From: Lama guanicoe
Lineage: Eukaryota
DNA length: 64,000 nt
Assembly (NCBI GenBank): GCA_013239625.1
Contig: MU056050.1
Span: forward strand, 5,713,366 to 5,777,365
Direction of reading: 5' to 3'
A program made the translations under genes and the position numbers. Below, in pieces: positions 1-12,909 of the stretch. How positions within the stretch are numbered: position 1 is the first letter of the stretch; every line of letters starts with the position of its first letter. A model generated the notes under the pieces. The model searched no databases, was not told where the DNA came from, and saw nothing but the letters and a program-made list of their open reading frames with translations.

Positions 1-350
1 TCTAGCTAAATAAAATGTGTTTCATCCATGCAGTAGAATATTATGTATTCTTTACAAATTATGATGTAGCTACCTCCTAGAAATCTATGAACTGATATGG
101 AAGAGCATATATAATATATTGTACAAGGAAAGGCAGATATCACATCAATGTACATAGTATGTTATGATTTGCATTTTGAAATATATGCATGAATATTATA
201 TACAGAGAGAGGACAATTGCTGAAAGAACAGATGCCAAAATATGAACAGTTGTCAGTTTGGGCGACAAAAGTAGGAGCAGTATTAATTAATTTTCCTTTC
301 ACATGTCTGTTTTGTATATCTATCTGTGTCACTATCATGATTTACTTGTA
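1..350 (+). mobile_element. Old L1M (L1ME-like) 3' end fragment
   Basis: Degenerate L1 3' motifs (aaataaaatgtgtttcatccatgcagtagaatattat ... ttacttgtataa); boundaries approximate. Confidence 0.6.
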
Positions 351-2149
351 TAAATTGTTTTCATTCTAAAACTGTTTTAAATTACCAATCCTGCCCTTGT
401 TCTAGAAGAAATATGATTTCTACTCAGAAGGTTCCTGACAGATGTTATCACTCTACAGTTTCTTATCTGAAGCCCAAATGGGAATATTAGGTCCACTGTT
501 GTTAACTGAAGGTAGACACATGCCAAGACAATTAAAGCATTTCTTAGCTCTACAAATAATAAACTGCTTATCTGTTGAAAGAACAATTGCCCATCAAGAT
601 CTGAAGGTTGAGACCTCTTTTGCTGTCTTAGTCCTAATCTTAGGTTGTCTATTATTTTGTCATTTTCCTAAATTATTGCTAGGATGTAAGTTCAATTACA
701 ACTATCTTATATTTTTAGATCACTTCTATCCATGTTTTCTGAATGACCACATTTCCCCTCACCCCATCTGGCCACAAATATCCTCCTCTGACACCTGTGA
801 GCATCATTATTCAGTTATCTCCCCATCATTCCATTTTCTTGGTAGAAAGACCAATTTCTTTCGGGATATGGATATGACTCCACTTGATAGCTTTGTCTGG
901 CCTCTGGCCTTCTAGATATAGAGTGAGAGCCCTGGCCGATAGAGTCTGATTATTTTGGTGACCCCAGAAGTATCAACCACTTTGTAGCTACTGAGGAAAC
1001 CCCATCCACATTTCTCATCAGGGAGGTTCCAGGTTATAGATGCCTGCACATGTCCCCAGTGGCTCCAGTGGCTCTCAGCAGAACACTGATAGGATCCAGG
1101 ACACACTGTGTGCCTGGTTTTATACACAGTCCCCACGGCAGGTTGTTTGTCTGAATCTGAACTCCAGCCCAGGCAGACGTCCACATTAATACGGAGAATA
1201 ATAGAGTTCTCCGAGGTCCGTCTCTGCCTATGTTTTTCTCAATCTGTCTCTAACTCCATCTGTCTCTCTTAGTTTGATTCTCTTTTCGGTCTGTGACTGC
1301 ACCAGTGTGGTTTTTCTCTTTGATTCTGTCTTTCTCTCAAGCACGCTGTCTTAGACTGTGTCTCAAAGGATGCAGAAAGAATTTCTGGGAATCAAGCCTC
1401 TGAGAAATGGAGCTCCGAGAGTGTTCAGAGGCTTTGATTGATTCCCTTTCTCCGCCTTGGTGCTCCCTGTGTTATTCGTTTCTCTTGCTCAGAAACCTGT
1501 TTGCATTGCGTGGAAAAGCTCGTGCCCGGATGGCTGTTACTCAGCGAACATGGGTCCTCAGCTCTTTCCCAACTGCAGCCTCCAGCACCCTCTTCCAGGA
1601 GCTCTAAGCCAGACAGGGCACGTGGCACTTCAGCATCAACAACCCTCTATATCAACAACAGGCCACTCACAGATGAGAAAGCAACATACACAGACATTAT
1701 CCTCCCTCTGGAGAAAAGGTCTGAGCTTCCAAAAGGTCAGTAAAGTCCATCTCTAAAAGCAGAAACATAATACTGCCCTTTCAAGAGCTCCTCTCAACAA
1801 ATGTTCTGCATCTGTTTGCTACAGAGAAGGGATAAGTGGCTACAGAAATAGTTATTTCGAAAGATGTAGGCACTGGCCCTGGATTTGGAAACAGTACAGT
1901 AAAGAGAATAATTCTGCATAGAGAAAGCAACAGGGGAAGGTATGCTATTTACATGTAAGCTAGCAACTGCTTTTAAGTGATTATAATGGCAAGGCATAGC
2001 CCTTTAAATAGTAAAATTACTGGCATTCACCACCACCACCAAAATGCCATCTGCCTCACTAGGTTTGGACAGGGAACAAGTAAGAATGTATATTATCATG
2101 CTGTATTATCTGGTAAAGTAGAATACAAATAAAAAGCTATGTCACACAT

Positions 2150-2320
2150 AATGTAGGGCTTACTATGAACCAGGTAGTGTTTTAGATGCTTTAATTTCAT
2201 TCAGTCATCTCACTCACCCTACGAGATGGCTATTGTGATCATTTGTTTTAAAAAGATGTTCAGGGTCAGAGAGGATAAGTAGCTGGCTCAATGTCAATTA
2301 TCTACTAAGTGGCAGAATTC
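2150..2320 (-). mobile_element. MIR SINE
   Basis: Reverse MIR core (cttactatgaaccagg ... ggtcagagaggataagtagctggctcaatgtca). Confidence 0.7.
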
Positions 2321-3089
2321 TCTGGTATATAGATTTGAAGATGAAAATGTTACTGTGTATCTCTGTCACAAGCAGGGAGAAAGCAAAATGTGGCTGAGGT
2401 GGAGAACAATGCTCCAATTTCTTTGTTCTTCCTCTTCCAGACATTAGGCCCTACTTCTCAATCTTCTAAGCCCTTTCCCCTTCTAGCATCTATTTGGGTA
2501 ACCTGCATTCACCTTATATGCAAAGCAATCCATCCATCCAATTCTTGCCTTCTCTGAGCACCCACAAACCAATAACCTCACTGTCGCATAAACACTTAAG
2601 ACTGTTTCACAAGCAGCATCTCTTAGCATCAATGGTACAGCAGTCAACTATGAGCATAAAGAGTAAGCTGTTTTCACTGAAATAAGGCTCACTTTGCAAA
2701 GACTTGACCATTTGCTCCAGCTAAGGTTAACTGACTTCCACAAAGAAAACAGACAAAAAAAAAAACCTTGCTAATTCCTGCTTTAAGATTTTAAGAAGTC
2801 TCTTCTTCGTTTTTATCTATAATTTAAGCTCTTCTTCTTTCAGTTCAAGCCCTTATCTGCCTCAAACATACATCATAATGCATCTCTTTCATGAAGCATC
2901 TCAGATTAACCCATACAAATTCTGACCATTCTTCTTGCTCTCCCTTTAGGATCAAGTTTTTGTAAAGTTATTTTGCTCTCACAACAATGGTTTTAGAGTT
3001 GTCCTCAAGCTGTTTTATTTCTATCTGTTGAGTGTCCCTTAACTCCATGGTTGTACTGGCTCCTACCTAGAAATAAGGATCACATATAA

Positions 3090-3250
3090 TGAAAATGGCA
3101 TTAAACTTGATATCTAGACTAGAATCTGAAAGATCAATGTGCTAACAAACCATGGGACCCTTTGCACCTCAATTTGCTCATCTGTTAAGTAAAGAATTAT
3201 ATGTTCTCTAAGGTCTTCAAGGCTTCTTTCAGCTTCAGAATTCTATTCTA
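3090..3250 (+). mobile_element. MIR3-like SINE fragment
   Basis: cctcaatttgctcatctgt core followed by a MIR3-like tail (tctctaaggtc ... ttcagcttcagaattctattcta). Confidence 0.55.
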
Positions 3251-3494
3251 TTAGATTTTCTAACTCCTTTGTGGTGCTCTTCCCACTAAAGTACCCAAGT
3301 TATTCTTTCTTTCCTAGTAGGATGAGATGCAGTCATAGTTCATGGAAGGAGATCTGTGTAACTGGTAACACTGTCTGAAAGCGAAAAAGAAACGTCAAGA
3401 TCATGAGGGAATGTATCAAGGCATAAGGCATTTAGCATATAATTATTTTATGAACTATGAAATGTTTTCAGGCAAAATCCAGACAATAGCTTAA

Positions 3495-4290
3495 AGACTA
3501 TTCAGCATTTACTGAGTACCTATGTGTCCAAGTTCAGATCTTCTATAGCACTGGACAAAACATGGTACCTGACCTCAAATAACATATATTCTAATGGGGA
3601 AGGGTGGGGACAATTGTATTCAAATAAATTCAACCACACGTTTCACCTGACGGTGTTTAGTGCTATGTAGAAAAATGCAGGAAGCTGGAGGTACTGATTA
3701 TGGAGGGGATACAGTTTTAAACATGGATTTAAGAACAGCTTCAATGAGAGAATGAGATTCGAGCAAAGACCTGAAGGAGATGAGAAAGAGAGTCAAGTAG
3801 ATATTTGGAGGAATATGTTCCAAGCAAAGAAGAAAGCAAATGCAAGTCCCTGAGGAGCATGCCTGCCATGTCTGAGAAACAGCAAATGACACGGCAGGAT
3901 GACTGGAGTGGAGTGACTGAGGGAGACTGGGAGAGGAAGTGAGAGAGGTCACTAGGGCTTGATGATGAAGAGTCTTACAAGGCTATGTAAGGACTTTAGG
4001 GTTTGCTCTGAAAGAAAGGTCATTAGAAGATGTTCAGCATTGGAAAGTCAAAATCTAACTGAGGCTTAAGCTGTCACTCTGGTTCCTGTGTTGAGAAAAA
4101 CTGGTGGGAGGTAGGAGCAAGGGCAAATGTAGAGACTTATTTGAAGGCTACTGTAATCATTAAGAAGAGAGAAAGCACTGATTTGGACCAGTTCAATGGA
4201 CGTGGAGGTGATGAGAACTATTCAAATTCTGGGTATATTTTGAAGGTAGAGCCAACAAGATTTCCTAATGTTTGAGATGTCAATTGGAGG
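3495..4290 (-). mobile_element. L2 LINE 3' part
   Basis: Starts with the reverse L2 end (cagcatttactgagtacctatgtg), then a purine-rich L2 body (aaagacctgaagga, gaaggtagagccaacaagattt). Confidence 0.85.
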
Positions 4291-4364
4291 TTTCCTGCCC
4301 AAGAACAGATCTGGAAAACCCAGGAGAAGAACAATAGTAAAACGACAGAAATACTAGAATAGGA

Positions 4365-4600
4365 ATTATTGCTAACACATAGCATTTACTACCTACTAGG
4401 CACTATCCTAAGTGCTCTATGAGCATAAATTCATGTCATCCACATAAAAATCATATGAGATACGTACTGCTTTAATCTCAATCTTATAGCTAAGGAAACT
4501 GAGGCATAAATAATCTCCCTAAGGTCACACAGCTGGTATATGGTACAGCTTGAATTCAAATCCAAGCAGTCTGATGTCAGAGTCCATGCTCTTAAACTCA
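4365..4600 (-). mobile_element. MIR SINE, near full length
   Basis: ggaaactgaggc ... aaggtcacacagct ... gaattcaaatccaagcagtctgatgtcagagtccatgctcttaa. Confidence 0.85.
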
Positions 4601-5454
4601 ATGATAAATTCTTTACTACAGTTCACAACACAGCACAAATACAGGTGCATATAAGGAAAGACATTCCCTATTGCCTACTATGTTAGAAAAATATTTTCAA
4701 TTGAGGACTTAACTTTTCATTGCCCTTGCCACAGACTTCAGTGTCCTCTTAGTAATGTACCTTCTTTTTAAGCTACAAGCGTTATCAATGCAACCGGCTA
4801 GGCCATGCCAAATGGCACATTGAATAAATAATGTCCTTTGGAAACATTTGAATTGTTCCGGTATGTATTTAGAGAAAGCAATGAAATATAGCTAACCATT
4901 CTGGAAGAAACATTACTATTTAATGTAACAAGTTTTCCTTCATATTCTGTAGGAAATCTCCAAGGCCTTTTCAGATTTACCAACTCTTTGGGCACCTTCT
5001 GCAGTAGATGTAAGCGACTATGCTCCTGTTATGTAACTGGGAAGCTGAGTGTTCTAAAGTTAACTGGCTGGTCCATGGCTAGGATGAAAAGAGATGAGAC
5101 CATGACCCAAAGAAGTCATAAACGTGGTCCAAGAAACCACATGCACAAAGACAAGAGAAGGTAGGAAGAGTATGATTTAGCATCACATGTGATACTCCTC
5201 CCAGTATGATCAGTATGAGTCAGCATTGATCAAGGACCACCAGTCTAACCTAATACAGTCTAACCAGCAGTATTAAATGTACGGTATTTAAGGAAATTAT
5301 CCAGCTGGTCCATTATCCTCTGGTCAGATCACACTTGGAGTATTTCATTGACTTCTGGCCACCACTCCTTCCGAAGGCTGTGTACCAACTGGGAATGTGT
5401 TCAGGAGAGGGAGATCAGGATAGAAGCCCTTGAAATCTAGTGAGATAATCATGA

Positions 5455-5655
5455 CTGTAATAGCTACCACTTATTAAGCACTTATCATGTACTCTGCTTA
5501 ATACTTTAAATGTATTATCTCATTTAGTCCTCACAACAGTTCTTTGAGCAAGGCTACTCTCTAAGGCTCAGAGATGTTAGATAACAATGTCCAAGCTCAA
5601 ACAGTCAATAAGATGTGGTGCCAATACTTTAATCAATGTCTGGATGATTCCAATA
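5455..5655 (-). mobile_element. MIR SINE
   Basis: aatagctaccacttattaagcactta ... tattatctcatttagtcctcacaaca. Confidence 0.8.
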
Positions 5656-5689
5656 TACCATGTTGGAATTTACAGAGGAAAAAAAGAGC

Positions 5690-5845
5690 GTCTGTCACGT
5701 GCCAAAACTTTACACAAATTATATCACTGAATCCTCAGAACAGCTGTATGAGGTACCTTGTTACTAACTCTATTCCACAGATAAGGAAACAGAAGCTCAG
5801 AGTCGTTATAAACTTGCCCAAGGACACATGGCTAGGAAGTGGCAT
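5690..5845 (-). mobile_element. MIR SINE
   Basis: acagataaggaaacagaagctcagag ... aacttgcccaaggacacatggctaggaagtggca. Confidence 0.8.
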
Positions 5846-6719
5846 AAGCAAAGTATACGATGAAGAACAGTTGGAGACATTGTGGACGTTTACCTAGAAA
5901 AAGCAAATACTGGAATAGCATTTCAAGATGGAAGTTTGGCAACAATAACTTTGAAAACTACTGGTACCTTTCAAATTTGGAATTCTAAGATCAACCCATC
6001 GTGCTGTGTACATGACTCACTTCCATCACTATGTATGCATATATGTATTCATTTGACAAATGACGTTTCCACAAATGCATGCTGGCAACTCTGCTCTGCA
6101 CTGGGAATGTAGGAGTACACAAGACACATAAGGTACCCGCTTGTAAGAAACTTGCATTGTTAGTCTGCATTTTCTGATTTTACCCTCTACCATCCTATGT
6201 TTTTCAGCTCTTTGCAAACTCAATTTCACCTAAGAAGTCACTTTCCTCTCTCCAGGAATCTTCAGTAATAGGTTCACTGCTCCTCCATGCACACAAACAC
6301 AGACTAGTAGCATGCGTTCATTCTTCTTGTATTCGATTACTTTGTCATTGTTGTTATTGGTAGTGAGTTGTTTCCTCTCCTTCATTCATCTGCATATTTA
6401 TTCACTGATTATTTGAGCACTTATTACAGGCCAAATAGTATCATAGGGGCTGGGGACGCAACGGTGGTAAAGAATGACTACAATATTACTCTGCCTGCTC
6501 AGCTTTATTGATTTACTTCTATCTTTTGTCCTACCTTCCACACTTCTTACCTAGCTAGCTGCTTCTGATGCACCGATATGGGACACTTTAGGTGCTCCCA
6601 GAGCACTCTGAAATCTACTGAGCTAGTTAAACCACCCGTCCAGTGCAGAAGTCCCATATGCTAAATCCCAGGCAGCTGGTCACCCAGGTTTAACTAAGAT
6701 TTACACAGTAACGATGAAT

Positions 6720-7130
6720 TTGCTACTTCTCACAACAGTCTGTTCTAATGTCACAAAGTCTTTTTTAGACTGAATTTAGCTCCATCTCATTCTGGTTTTC
6801 ACTTATTGGTTCTAGTTCTGCCTAACTCAGTTCCAGAGAAAAGGTTAAATCCTGTACAGCATCCTTTCAAATATTTGGAGACATCTATTGAGTCTCCCAT
6901 TTGCCTCCTCTTCCTGAGGTTAAATGTCCCCATATCCTAAATTAAAATGCTTTCTAACCTTCTTAAATACCTTAAACAGCCTTCTCCAGACACTATCAAC
7001 TTTGGCAATATTTCTCAATGTATAATTTATTTTGTTTTATTTGTTCATTAAAAAAAGAGTATATACCCAGCTAACACCGTCCTTGAGTACTGTATGACTC
7101 ACATTCTAATAACAAATCTACAGTTAAACA
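6720..7130 (-). mobile_element. L3/CR1 LINE fragment
   Basis: cctttcaaatatttggagacatctattgagtctcccatttgcctcctcttcctgaggttaaatgtcccc resembles the reverse of the L3 ORF2 end. Confidence 0.7.
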
Positions 7131-8146
7131 TTTTAAGGAATTCTACTTCATGCTAATCACAGGACTGAAATTTTTGCTAAGAAGCCTTTTGGGTGTTGTA
7201 TGGTAAGAGTTAGAGGCCAGAAGAGCGAATGGCGTTGCAGCATGAGTCTAAGATGGGATTCTGACATACCGTGTCATGCCTGGGGGGCTGGTGGCCTACT
7301 TACTTGAGGGTCCGAGAAATCTCCTCGGAGAGATGTTTTTCCAAAGTGAAAAAGTAATCAGGCCCAACCAACTGAACAGAGAAGCAAAGAGTGGATGAAT
7401 GTGAGTACAACTGTGGTTTGCTTCTTGACCCGGTCCATGTTCAGTTCATGTTTGACACTAAGGGAGAACACGTCAAAATTGAAATGTTATGCTAAGATGT
7501 CTGTAACATGTTGGGGCATCAGCACTGGTACTCGGGTATGCCTATAATTTAAGGGAGCACTGAAGGGAAAGTGGGGATCAGTTTGTACTTGGCAATGAAA
7601 CACAGTGCATCACTGATATCTTAGGGGTTCCGGTTCATCAGTTGTGACAGAAGACAGTGCTACCTGACAGACAAGGCAGTAACTGGCAGGGGGGAGAGTG
7701 CTTTATCAACCTGGGGATGCATAATACATATTTAGTGGTAATTGCTGGTAGGTGACGATCAGCAATGGCCAACTTATTCAAGACTACACATCAAAGGCCT
7801 GGAGAGTTCCCAACACTATCTTAGTGGTGACGTTGGAGGGGATATGGAGAGTCTATGTCATCAATTTGGCAAGAATTAGTGAAATTTATGCTATGATTTT
7901 TGATGCAACTCAAATTATACCCATAGGCTATTCTTAGAAGTAAAAACGAATAAAATGTTCATAGTGAACCATGCTTACTAACCAAGGTATATCAGTATCA
8001 TCTGCACTGCATCCTTTCAAAACATCAAGCCCAAGAACCACCCATGAATCTTCTTCTATAATAGGTAGGTTCTAGCAATCTGTATCTTGAAAAGCTCCTC
8101 CTACAAATGTGTTGAACATCTCTAACTAAAAACCAGTGATATAGAG

Positions 8147-8362
8147 CAGGTATTATCAACCTTTTGTGGGGGAAAAGGACTAGATAGTAAATATTTTGGT
8201 TTTATGGGTCACAATCTCTGTTGCAATTGCTCAGCTACACTGTCACAGTGATAAAGCAGCCAAAGACAACACGTAAATAAGAGCATGACTGCATTCCAAT
8301 AAAACTTTATTTACAAAAACAGGCAAACAACCCATGGGCCATAGTTTGTTTGCTGAGCCCTG
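8147..8362 (+). mobile_element. MER58A-like hAT-Charlie DNA transposon
   Basis: cagg...ccctg termini; internal agatagtaaatatttt and ttccaataaaactttatttacaaaaacaggc. Confidence 0.85.
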
Positions 8363-11300
8363 CTATACATGAGTGATAATTAAATTAATGGCAGGTCCTG
8401 CATGCCAAATTGACCAGTGCAGCTTAGATACAACACATAATTAGAATTCACAGGAAGTACTGGGCGGAGGAAAGTGATAGCACTAAGACAGCCTGAATGA
8501 CACTGTTGGTATTTTTTTCTTGCTCATGAGTCTGAAAGGAAAAACCTCACATATTCCCAGAAGTTTAGAACTAAGCTTTCTGGCCACATTCCAAATGTGA
8601 AACTCCAGGAAAATAGCTTTGGGACCAATAAACTGAAGTTGTAGTGAACACAGTGTTCCAAGACAAGAGGCAGGCAGATCATATAAACCAGTTCAAGAAG
8701 AGTTTCAATAATTCAGCAAGGGTCATCTCTCAAATAGGTTATAAAGGGAAATGTGGGTTGTTTAGCAGATCCCTTAACTTAGAGGATGATGTCAGGAAGG
8801 ACAGGAAGGTCTACCCCCAAAACATCTTTGGTTTGGGGGTCCAAGATCTTATAATTCTAGACAGGAGGAAAGTGAGACTTCTTTACAGGCGCTTAGGCAA
8901 GGATGCTGATTGGATCAAAATCCTCCCTAACTGACAGAGTCTGGCTAAATCGTCAGCTCTTGAACAATGGTAAAATCCTCTAAGGCCCATTCCAGCTCTA
9001 AAATTCTATGATTCCATTATGCATTCTCCTTTCACATCCATCCTATGGGACCTCTTCATCTACCAACAGGAAGGCACCAAACTGTGATACAACTGGGAAA
9101 CAGTGGAGAAAATGGCCCTCTGCAAACCCCTCTTTTCCTTAAGGAAAAAGTGCCAAGCACATGGCTATGGCCTCACTGGGCTGCTTCGTTGCTTTTCTCC
9201 CTTCTCTCCTGCACAGCACTTGAAGAACATAAGGGATTATATGAAGTAAGGTCCAAATGTATTACTAAGTCAATGACTAGATCCCATATCAAGGGCGACT
9301 TGGTTGTAAGCTACTCACCTCAGGGGAAAATACCCTGTTGGCACAGTAAATCCCACATCACTCGATCCTATTTTTGAATTTGTCCCCTTCCTAACTGAAC
9401 TGGTCACGAACGCATCATTTCTGCCTATGGGTTCCCCATTCAGGCTGTTGAACAACTGTCATTATTTGGGGGAGGGAGCAACAAGGGCTTAAATGACTTT
9501 CTTAAAAAGGAAACTTTGAAGAGTAATTGTGCTTTTCCCCCCTCCCAGCTATTACTTTTCTGCTTTTAAATCTTCATGTCTCATCTGGATGAGCACCTTA
9601 TCACTAGCCAACAGGGGAAGGTGGTGTTTGTATTTGTATTTGCATTTATATGGCATTTTCACCCAGCATATCTCATGCTGCTGACAGACCAATGAATCAC
9701 AGGCCTGTAGCCCCCTCTCTACAGGCATCGTGGGAGCAGCCAACTTCCACATGTTCTACAGTAGCACGCTAATTAATCTCTCCTAATTTTAATTCATAAA
9801 GAAGATGCTGTGGCCAAGGAACCCTGAAAGAGTATGGATGCATGGTTGGCTGTTTCTCCCGACACTCAGGAAGTTAGAAAGATGAGGAGAGCATCACACA
9901 AGTAATCATGATTCCTCATAGTCTGTTCTTTGCTGACATGGTTACCTGCAGGTTCCTAGGCTGGATGGGTCATTGCAGCTTTGAGAATACTTTAGACATC
10001 TGTCTTTTCGAAGCTGGTAGCAGAAGGGACCCACAATTAACCTACAGAATCATCCAAGGAACTGAGTTTGGATATTGAGTTTGGGTATCATATCTGTTCC
10101 TCTTTAGAAACAGCTCTCATTCAACAAATATTCATGCCCTTTTTTCTAAAAGGCCAAGTTTAAGGCTCTATGTCATTAGGAAGGTGCTACTGGTGATAGA
10201 AGGTCATTTTGGAATTCATTCTATGGAAATGTGGACCATCTAAGAACTTGGAGGTGGGCATTAGGAACTTATTGCTCAAAATAGACATCCTTACAACAGA
10301 AGATCAACTTCCCCTATATCTCACAGAGCCCCATTCTTTCCCAAATTATCCCAAGTGCCCTGTCAGAAGTTACACACCGAGCTGGATTGCACAGGCTGAC
10401 TGGCACAACATTTACTGTGTTCCTGGATAGGCTAAATTGTAAGCACCCCTCAAACACAAGAACTATGTACAAACAGAAGCTCCCTTCCCCACAACATTGA
10501 CTCTCTTGGCTTTCCTGGGGGGGGGGGGTAGCCTGGGAATTCTTTTGAAATTGCCAACAAGCTGTAGCCTTGCAGTAATTAAGGAGCTAGTGAACTTGAT
10601 CCTTATGGCAAATCCCGTAGGTTTTCACTATCCAGAAAGGACACAATGTTACAACATTTAGTAAAATGAATAATTAGCTGCACATAGTGTAAACATCAAG
10701 GCCACTCTTGACCTCCGTTACTCCCTCCACTGCCTTGCTGCAGACGTCCTGCCTGGAGGCTCTACTGAGGATGCTTGAGTAAAACACAACGTAGGTACAA
10801 AGCCAGCAGGGTGAGGCCAAGAAACTCTTCAGGCCAGGTACAGTGGTGGCCCTCCCGCCTACTACACAGATCGAAATCAGCCGCAGAGGCTGCACAAGAC
10901 GTTTACATTAGGGTCCATGATAGGAAAACAAATGGTTGGCTGAGATAATGGGGACTTGTGTGGTATGCTGAATTCCTCAGTCTTTACTTTTAGCCAATTA
11001 AAATTAATTCCTTCAGCCTCCCAGCCCGGAAATCCCAAGTTCCCAGACATGTCAAGTTGCGGTTCAATTTCGAGACAGAGGCAATTCCTCAAGAAACCCC
11101 AGCCTGACACAATCAAATAAGCCTTGTCAAAGCCCACCTAATCAAAAACCCCTCACTTCATCACATCAGCTTCTTGAGCTCAAACTAGACAGATTCCCAT
11201 CAGGGGATGGGAGCTCTCAGTCAATGCAGCCTGTTATTCAAATGGTCTGAGCTGCAGCTCTCCTGAACAGCATCCAGGTTATGGGAAATCAGCTGCAACT

Positions 11301-11779
11301 AATTAAAACCAGTGTTCTGCTCCCCACACCGAAGACCCAGCCCCTCCTCATGATCAGGCAAAGATCGGAGCTCTGCTCCAATCATGGCAGTGCATCAGGA
11401 ACCTGGACCAGACAGTTAATGAGATCATGGAAGCCAGAAAGTCAGCAAGTAAAAGCAAAGGTAAATTCTGCGACGGCGGAAGGGAGCTGAGAGAAAGGCA
11501 TGGCTCAGTGAGACACCTTCAGGAAACATCTTCTAGATTCACGAGCTATTTAGCACATTGGCAAACTTGATCTCAATAGCACTGGTGTCTCTTCACATCT
11601 CCAACATCTGCCACTCCCTCAAACCATCCGCTTTATTGAACCAAGGCCATCCTCAGTAACAGGATTAGGTTATACAGCGGTTAATATTAAGTCGAATTCA
11701 AATTGACCACTCAGGAGTCGTTTACAGCAGACTGCTGAAATACAGAGGTGAAGAAGTTTAGGTCATGTTAAATACGGTG

Positions 11780-12060
11780 GAGTGGCAGTTTGTGTGTGAT
11801 GGGTTCTGGCAGGAAACAGTGGGTATTTAAATCTTGTCTCCAACAGTCACTGGCTGTGTGTTCTTAAACCATTCTCCTTCATCTCTGAGCCAGTTTCTTC
11901 ATGTACAAAATGGAGATAATGGAAAACAGTTCATGGAAACTGCTTTCAATTTTATCTTGAAATAGTAAATGGGACATACATTTTAAGCTGGTGGAGAGAG
12001 AGAAGGAACCCAGCACAGTGGGTTATGTAGAAAGCATCCAACAAATGCTAGTTTTCTAAA
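11780..12060 (+). mobile_element. MIR SINE
   Basis: ctggctgtgtgttcttaa ... tctctgagccagtttcttcatgtacaaaatggagataat. Confidence 0.65.
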
Positions 12061-12159
12061 CCTTTATGTTTTCTGGAAAGATCACTCAAAGCTCACATCC
12101 TATTCATATTGGATACACGGTAACTCCTTGTAGAAGGTACAGAAGTACTTGTGAATCCA

Positions 12160-12560
12160 TAGTGTATCTGTTTACTGTCTGTCTCTCCTAAAATACTACC
12201 CATTCCATGAGAGCGGGCACTTGGTTTTGTTCACTGCTGTATATCCCCTATTCTTCAAGCAGAATGAAAGCCCAGAACTGCTCAATATGTTGAGTAAATG
12301 ATAAATCCAGTTGCTGGCATCCCCGCTCTACACAAAACCTATCTTCATGAAAACCTGTGTGTAAATTAAAATATGTACTAAATGTTTCTTAATACATGGG
12401 AGGCTCCCTATGGGAGAGCCTTTTCTTTTATTCACTCATTCAGCAAATATTTACCGGGCACCTGTGACATGCCAGGTGCCGTGCTGGGCACAGGAAGTAA
12501 CAGTGAAAAAATACATGTGTATTCATTGCCTGCATGGAGTTTAAAATGTAATGGGAAGTC
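12160..12560. mobile_element. Two tail-to-tail L2 3' ends (+ about 12160-12305; - about 12428-12560)
   Basis: ttttgttcactgctgtatatcccc on +; ttcattcagcaaatatttaccgggcacctgtgacatgccagg on -. Confidence 0.7.
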
Positions 12561-12909
12561 TACAGTTTTAAAAATAACCCTGAGTAGTATGAGAATCTAT
12601 TTGGAATATTTCAATCATTGTATGTTTACTTTAAATAGAACCAAGCGGCATTAAAATGATCACAACCAATGACGCATAATGTTTGCCTTTGACATTTAGG
12701 TCTGAGTTAACTAGTCCTGACTCATTCAGTTCAACTTCCAATATGTTTGAAAGAGCCTGTCTTGACACATATGAACTCTCACTGCCCCACTTGCTCTTTG
12801 CACCTGAGAATCTCCCTGGTGCATTATTCACTCTCTGTCTGTTTTTTCTGGTCTCACAAGAAGACATACTCCTTCCTCAATGCACACAGCGCCATTGGCT
12901 GTATTGGCC

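Larger units (their letters stand above)
5200..5990 (+). mobile_element. L3/CR1 LINE ORF2 3' fragment, split by two MIRs
   Basis: ctggtcagatcacacttggagtatttcattgacttctgg translates LVRSHLEYFIDFW (CR1 LVRPHLEYCVQFW); resumes at about 5856 as YDEEQLETLWTF (CR1 YEERLKELGLF). Confidence 0.75.

Noticed and set aside
440..500. Minus-strand IFPFGL...(KL*SDN), loosely like retroviral integrase FGLP..LQSDNG
   Set aside because: Needs a frameshift and a stop, and I see no other integrase motif nearby; too weak without a profile search.
442..915. Longest ORF in the track (157 aa)
   Set aside because: No recognisable domain, background composition and no splice or promoter context; consistent with chance.
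4952..5008. Plus-strand 57-nt exon-like segment (ctgtag|...|gtaagc)
   Set aside because: Isolated, peptide unrecognised, and no plus-strand partner exons found.
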